Positions 15,686-20,000 of a stretch of DNA of 20,000 bases are shown one piece after another. Source of the stretch: an uncultured virus (IMG/VR IMGVR_UViG_3300030328_002383) (lineage: Duplodnaviria; Heunggongvirae; Uroviricota; Caudoviricetes). The DNA is taken from the IMG/VR virus record IMGVR_UViG_3300030328_002383; one strand, given 5' to 3'. The translations under genes were made by a program, and so were the position numbers. The notes under the pieces are model-generated. The model had not been told where the DNA came from. It searched no databases and worked only from the letters and a program-made list of their open reading frames with translations. Position 1 is the stretch's first letter; each line of letters starts with the position of its first letter.

Positions 15686-18600
15686 TGGCACTAACAAGCA
15701 ACAAAAACCTGTTTACTGCTACTACAACCCAAAGAGCAGGTGTCACGCCTACTAAGGAACAAATATTCTTAGATACAAATACAGGTTCAGCCGCTAATGG
15801 TTTATTTATTGGTGATGGTGCAGTAGCAGGTGGTAGGTCGGCAGACGTTAGACCGTTAGAAACAAAAAACGCTGATTATACGTTTGTTAGAGCAGACGAA
15901 GCCCGTATGATAGTGCATACAGATTCTTCTACATATACATACAAGTTACCAACATACGCTTCTGTTCCTTTTCCGGTAGGTTTAACTGAATTACAAATTA
16001 TGAATGAAGGTAGTGGAAATATTACTATTGCTACTGATGACGGAACAACTGTATCTCTTGTAGGTCAAGGGGTAAGTAGTGCGGGTACAGGCGGTACTTT
16101 TACCTTAACACAATACCAAAAAGTGTACTTAAGACATAGTGCTACACAAGATACTTGGATTGCATATCAAAATAATGCCACAGGACCAACTGGACCCACA
16201 GGTCCGACTGGACCCACAGGACCTAACGGTCCAACAGGTCCGACTGGTCCAAATGGTCCTACCGGCCCGACTGGGCCAACAGGTCCCACAGGTAGCACAG
16301 GTTCAACTGGTCCAACTGGTTCTACTGGTGCTGCTGCGGGTTTCGGAACCCCAAGTGTAAGTACAGGTCCTTTAGCCATAACAGCAAGTGGACCCGATAC
16401 AGCAAAAGTTTTTGCGTTTGCTATCCCCGCAGGGCCAACAGGACCAACTGGCCCAACTGGGCCAACAGGACCAACGGGTACGGCAGTAAAATCCGGTTTT
16501 AATTGGAAGTTTAGTACAACCACAACAGAAGCAGACCCTACTTCGGGTTTTTTAAGATTCGACCATGCTACATTTGCTAGTGTTACAGAAATATACATTG
16601 ATGAAGAAGATGCTGCGGGCGTAAATCAAGATGCTTTCTTTACTTATATGGCTGCTTCTACTGGCACTAGAAAGGGTACTATACATATAACTCTTAGAGC
16701 AGGTGATGTAGAACAATTTGCTGATTTAGTAGTAAATAGCGTTACAGATATGACAGGATGGTATAAATTAGGCGTTTCCCCTACTTCGGCAACACAAACG
16801 GGTGCATTATCAAACAATACAAAATATGTAGTAGAGTTTTCACAAGCGGGAAATACAGGACCTACTGGGTCTACAGGACCTACTGGTCCGAATGGCCCAA
16901 CAGGACCGACAGGCCCAACAGGAAGTCAAGGTCCTCAAGGAAGCACAGGACCAAGTGGTCCTACCGGACCAACAGGTCCAACTGGTGCAGATTCAACAGT
17001 AGCAGGTCCTACTGGTCCAACAGGACCTACTGGTCCTCAAGGAAGCACAGGGCCTAGCGGCCCAACTGGGCCTAGTGGTCCAACTGGACCAACTGGTCCT
17101 CAAGGTTCTTTTGGTGGTGCTACATTTAAGTATGATTTTAGTACAACAACAACAGATTCAGACCCCGGTGCAGGTAAAATAAGATTTGATAACTCTACAC
17201 AAAATGCTGCTACGGGTATTTATATTGACGATTCTGATTTAGACGGTAGCGATATACAATCTTTTATGAGAACCATTGACGATTCCACATCTACTATAAA
17301 AGGTCATGTTAAAGTAAGTAACCTTACAGACCCTTCACAGTTTGTATTATTTACTATATCTTCTCTAACAGAAAATACAGGTTATTTCGATATAACAGTA
17401 AGTGCAGTAGATTCTTCGACAACATCCCCTTTTAGTGATGGTGAAGATGTAGCAGTTACTTTCGCAAGAACGGGTGATAAAGGAGATACAGGTTCAACTG
17501 GACCGACAGGACCTCAAGGACCTCAAGGAAATGTAGGACCGGATGGTCCAACAGGGCCTCAAGGCAGTACAGGACCGGCAGGTCCACCCGGACCTACGGG
17601 TTCAACAGGCTCACAAGGACCTACTGGACCTACAGGCCCACAAGGAACACAAGGTAATACTGGTCCTACGGGTTCTGCCGCAGGTTTTGGTACACCGACA
17701 GTTGCTAGTGGTCCATTAGCAATCGGCTCTAGTGGGCCGGACACAGCAAAAGTTTTCGCTTTTACAATTCCACCCGGTTCTACCGGACCAACAGGACCTA
17801 CAGGCCCTACTGGTCCTACTGGTCCATCGGGGGGAACAGGACCAACAGGTTCTACCGGACCGACAGGGCCTTCGGGTGCAGCAGCAGGTGTAGGAACACC
17901 TACTATAACCACAGGACCTTTAGCAGTAGCAGTAAGTGGGCCGGATAGTGCAAAAGTATTTGCCTTTACTATACCTGCGGGACCGACAGGCCCTACAGGA
18001 CCTAGTGGCCCTACTGGTAGTCAAGGCCCTACCGGACCAAATGGTCCTACTGGGCCAAGTGGTCCTACTGGACCTACTGGGCCGGCAGGTAGTACAGGGC
18101 CGACAGGACCAAGTGGTGCAGACGGTAACTTTGGAGGTGCATCTTTCAAATATGATTTTTCTACAAATACTAGCGATAGCGACCCCGGTGCAGGTAAGGT
18201 AAAACTAAATAACGGTACTCAATCATCTGCTACTGCTATATACATAGATGATAGCGATTTAGACGGTACTGATATTCAATCATTCCTTCGTACTATTGAT
18301 GATTCTACATCAACAATAAAAGGTCATGTTAAAATTAGCAACTTAACAGACCCAAGCCAATTTACTTTACACACTATTTCATCTTTAGCAGAAGATTCGG
18401 GTTATTTTGACATAACAGTAAGTACAATAGACTCTTCCGCTTCCTCACCGTTTTCAGATGGTGAAGATGTTATGGTAACTTTTGCTAGAACAGGAGACAA
18501 AGGAGATACGGGGGCTACTGGTCCTTCCGGTCCAACGGGTTCAGCCGGACCACCCGGCCCAACTGGGCCAACCGGACCTACCGGACCTCAAGGTACACAA

Positions 18601-20000
18601 GGAGATGAAGGACCAACCGGACCTACGGGACCTAGTGGACCAACTGGACCAAATGGACCAACAGGTAGTACAGGAACAGCAGCCGGATTTGGTACACCTA
18701 CTATGGCTGCCGGACCTTTGGCAATTTCAGCAAGTGGGCCGGACACGGCTAAGATATTTGCTTTCACTATACCGCCCGGTGGTACAGGCCCAACAGGACC
18801 TACCGGACCAACAGGCCCTACCGGACCAACCGGACCGCCCGGTGGTGATGGAGATACAGGACCAACCGGACCTGCGGGTGCGGCTGCCGGATTTGGAACA
18901 CCGACAGTTTCTTCCGGTCCTCTTGCTATAAGTAGTAGTGGACCAAATACATCAAAGGTCTTTGCTTTTACTATCCCACCCGGCTCAACTGGGCCGGCAG
19001 GTCCTACGGGACCAACTGGGCCGACAGGCCCAACCGGACCACCGGGTTCAACAGGTTCGGCAGGTCCGACAGGAAGTGCGGCAGGTTTCGGAACACCTAC
19101 GGTTGCTAGTGGTCCTTTGGCTATATCTAGTAGCGGCCCTAATACTGCTAAAGTATTTGCATTTACGATTCCACCGGGAGATACTGGTCCTACAGGCCCA
19201 ACAGGGCCTACAGGTCCGACAGGACCGACTGGACCGCCCGGCGGAACAGGACCGGGAGGACCAACTGGGGCTGCTGCCGGATTTGGCACCCCAACGGTGG
19301 CAAGTGGACCGCTTGCTATATCTTCAAGTGGACCGGACACAGCCAAAATATTTGCCTTCACGATACCACCGGGTTCAACTGGACCTACTGGACCGACAGG
19401 ACCAACAGGACCGACTGGGCCTACTGGACCTACTGGCCCTGCGGGGCCACCCGGACCGGATGGACCCGATGGACCCGATGGACCTACTGGACCGACTGGG
19501 CCTACAGGAACAGCCGCAGGGTTTGGAACACCCACCGTAGCAAGCGGGCCTTTAGCAATTGCTTCAAGCGGTCCGGCAACTGCAAAAGTCTTTGCATTTA
19601 CAATACCACCCGGAAGTACCGGACCTACGGGGCCGACCGGACCTGCGGGGCCGCCCGGACCTACTGGGCCTACAGGTCCAACAGGGCCTACCGGAACGGC
19701 AGCCGGTTTTGGTACGCCTACGGTAGCGAGTGGCCCGCTAGCAATTGCATCTAGTGGACCTGCGACTGCTAAGGTTTTTGCCTTTACAATCCCGCCCGGA
19801 GATACAGGCCCAACTGGGCCGCCGGGTTCGACAGGACCTACGGGACCTACGGGACCGAATGGGCCGACCGGACCAAGTGGCGGAACAGGACCTACAGGGC
19901 CTACGGGACCTACCGGCCCGACAGGACCTACTGGTGTAACAAGCGGAACACAATCATTTTCGGGAGAAAAAACATTTAGTGATGGGGTAAAACTAAATGA
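15685..20000 (+). CDS. Giant collagen-like (Gly-Pro-Thr) tail/head fibre, >1430 aa, 3'-truncated by window end (not in ORF track)
   Basis: TAATG overlap with the nuclease stop. The frame is open from [10 protein letters not shown] to ...FSDGVKLN at 20000. N-terminal TTQR...FLDTNT...LFIGDG..AGG resembles fibre/Mtd N-terminal domains. Long GPT tracts with interspersed repeats follow. Confidence 0.9.
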   Translation, partial: MALTSNKNLFTATTTQRAGVTPTKEQIFLDTNTGSAANGLFIGDGAVAGGRSADVRPLETKNADYTFVRADEARMIVHTDSSTYTYKLPTYASVPFPVGLTELQIMNEGSGNITIATDDGTTVSLVGQGVSSAGTGGTFTLTQYQKVYLRHSATQDTWIAYQNNATGPTGPTGPTGPTGPNGPTGPTGPNGPTGPTGPTGPTGSTGSTGPTGSTGAAAGFGTPSVSTGPLAITASGPDTAKVFAFAIPAGPTGPTGPTGPTGPTGTAVKSGFNWKFSTTTTEADPTSGFLRFDHATFASVTEIYIDEEDAAGVNQDAFFTYMAASTGTRKGTIHITLRAGDVEQFADLVVNSVTDMTGWYKLGVSPTSATQTGALSNNTKYVVEFSQAGNTGPTGSTGPTGPNGPTGPTGPTGSQGPQGSTGPSGPTGPTGPTGADSTVAGPTGPTGPTGPQGSTGPSGPTGPSGPTGPTGPQGSFGGATFKYDFSTTTTDSDPGAGKIRFDNSTQNAATGIYIDDSDLDGSDIQSFMRTIDDSTSTIKGHVKVSNLTDPSQFVLFTISSLTENTGYFDITVSAVDSSTTSPFSDGEDVAVTFARTGDKGDTGSTGPTGPQGPQGNVGPDGPTGPQGSTGPAGPPGPTGSTGSQGPTGPTGPQGTQGNTGPTGSAAGFGTPTVASGPLAIGSSGPDTAKVFAFTIPPGSTGPTGPTGPTGPTGPSGGTGPTGSTGPTGPSGAAAGVGTPTITTGPLAVAVSGPDSAKVFAFTIPAGPTGPTGPSGPTGSQGPTGPNGPTGPSGPTGPTGPAGSTGPTGPSGADGNFGGASFKYDFSTNTSDSDPGAGKVKLNNGTQSSATAIYIDDSDLDGTDIQSFLRTIDDSTSTIKGHVKISNLTDPSQFTLHTISSLAEDSGYFDITVSTIDSSASSPFSDGEDVMVTFARTGDKGDTGATGPSGPTGSAGPPGPTGPTGPTGPQGTQGDEGPTGPTGPSGPTGPNGPTGSTGTAAGFGTPTMAAGPLAISASGPDTAKIFAFTIPPGGTGPTGPTGPTGPTGPTGPPGGDGDTGPTGPAGAAAGFGTPTVSSGPLAISSSGPNTSKVFAFTIPPGSTGPAGPTGPTGPTGPTGPPGSTGSAGPTGSAAGFGTPTVASGPLAISSSGPNTAKVFAFTIPPGDTGPTGPTGPTGPTGPTGPPGGTGPGGPTGAAAGFGTPTVASGPLAISSSGPDTAKIFAFTIPPGSTGPTGPTGPTGPTGPTGPTGPAGPPGPDGPDGPDGPTGPTGPTGTAAGFGTPTVASGPLAIASSGPATAKVFAFTIPPGSTGPTGPTGPAGPPGPTGPTGPTGPTGTAAGFGTPTVASGPLAIASSGPATAKVFAFTIPPGDTGPTGPPGSTGPTGPTGPNGPTGPSGGTGPTGPTGPTGPTGPTGVTSGTQSFSGEKTFSDGVKLN
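16180..19935 (+). repeat. Collagen G-X-Y tracts with nine ~34-aa modules and three ~120-aa domains
   Basis: [38 protein letters not shown] units start near 16330, 17677, 17878, 18679, 18880, 19078, 19270, 19513 and 19699. Globular domains lie at ~16486-16851, 17110-17478 and 18130-18498. Confidence 0.9.

Larger units (their letters stand above)
1..20000. mobile_element. Tailed dsDNA virus genome segment (packaging and head/fibre morphogenesis), probably a marine archaeal (Poseidoniales/MGII) virus
   Basis: TerL, portal, protease/scaffold, capsid and fibre genes are present with no cellular housekeeping genes. Archaeal-style SD and TATA signals are seen. The host assignment is inference. Confidence 0.85.

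Noticed and set aside
15685..15860. Diversity-generating retroelement suggested by the Mtd-like N-terminus and the duplicated domains at 17110 and 18130
   Set aside because: No reverse transcriptase in the window. The paralogous domains differ at all base types, mostly synonymously, not in an adenine-specific way, and both are in frame.
16180..19935. Possible CRISPR array or non-coding tandem repeat
   Set aside because: Repeats are conserved at protein level with synonymous variation. There are no identical DNA repeats separated by unique spacers.
16139..19953. Collagen-like minus-strand ORFs (GPV repeats) and Gln/Asp/Leu-rich alternate-frame + ORFs
   Set aside because: They are automatic consequences of GGN-CCN-ACN repeats in the real frame starting at 15685.

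Overview
This window is a segment of a tailed dsDNA virus genome (Caudoviricetes, HK97-type head), most likely an archaeal virus of marine Poseidoniales/MGII (magrovirus-like). The host inference rests on archaeal GGTGA/GAGGTG-type Shine-Dalgarno sites, TATA-like boxes ~30 nt upstream of apparently leaderless starts, and a surface protein with LDL-receptor-A-like and GCTDxxAxNY repeats. Layout from left to right: a + strand block of three unknown, probably nucleic-acid-binding genes (216-2219); a - strand packaging operon (HTH-metallophosphoesterase, 40-aa Zn ribbon, terminase large subunit, small basic protein; 5772-2453); an AT-rich divergent control region; then a + strand morphogenesis operon. 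That operon holds portal, a C5 methyltransferase, four membrane/surface genes, prohead protease-scaffold, cement protein, major capsid protein, head completion genes, a fibre-like protein, a thermonuclease-like nuclease, and a >1430-aa modular Gly-Pro-Thr collagen fibre running off the window end. Four real-looking ORFs are absent from the supplied track (2046-2219, 4221-4343, 9454-9534, 15685-end). All assignments come from reading motifs by eye; no database searches were run.
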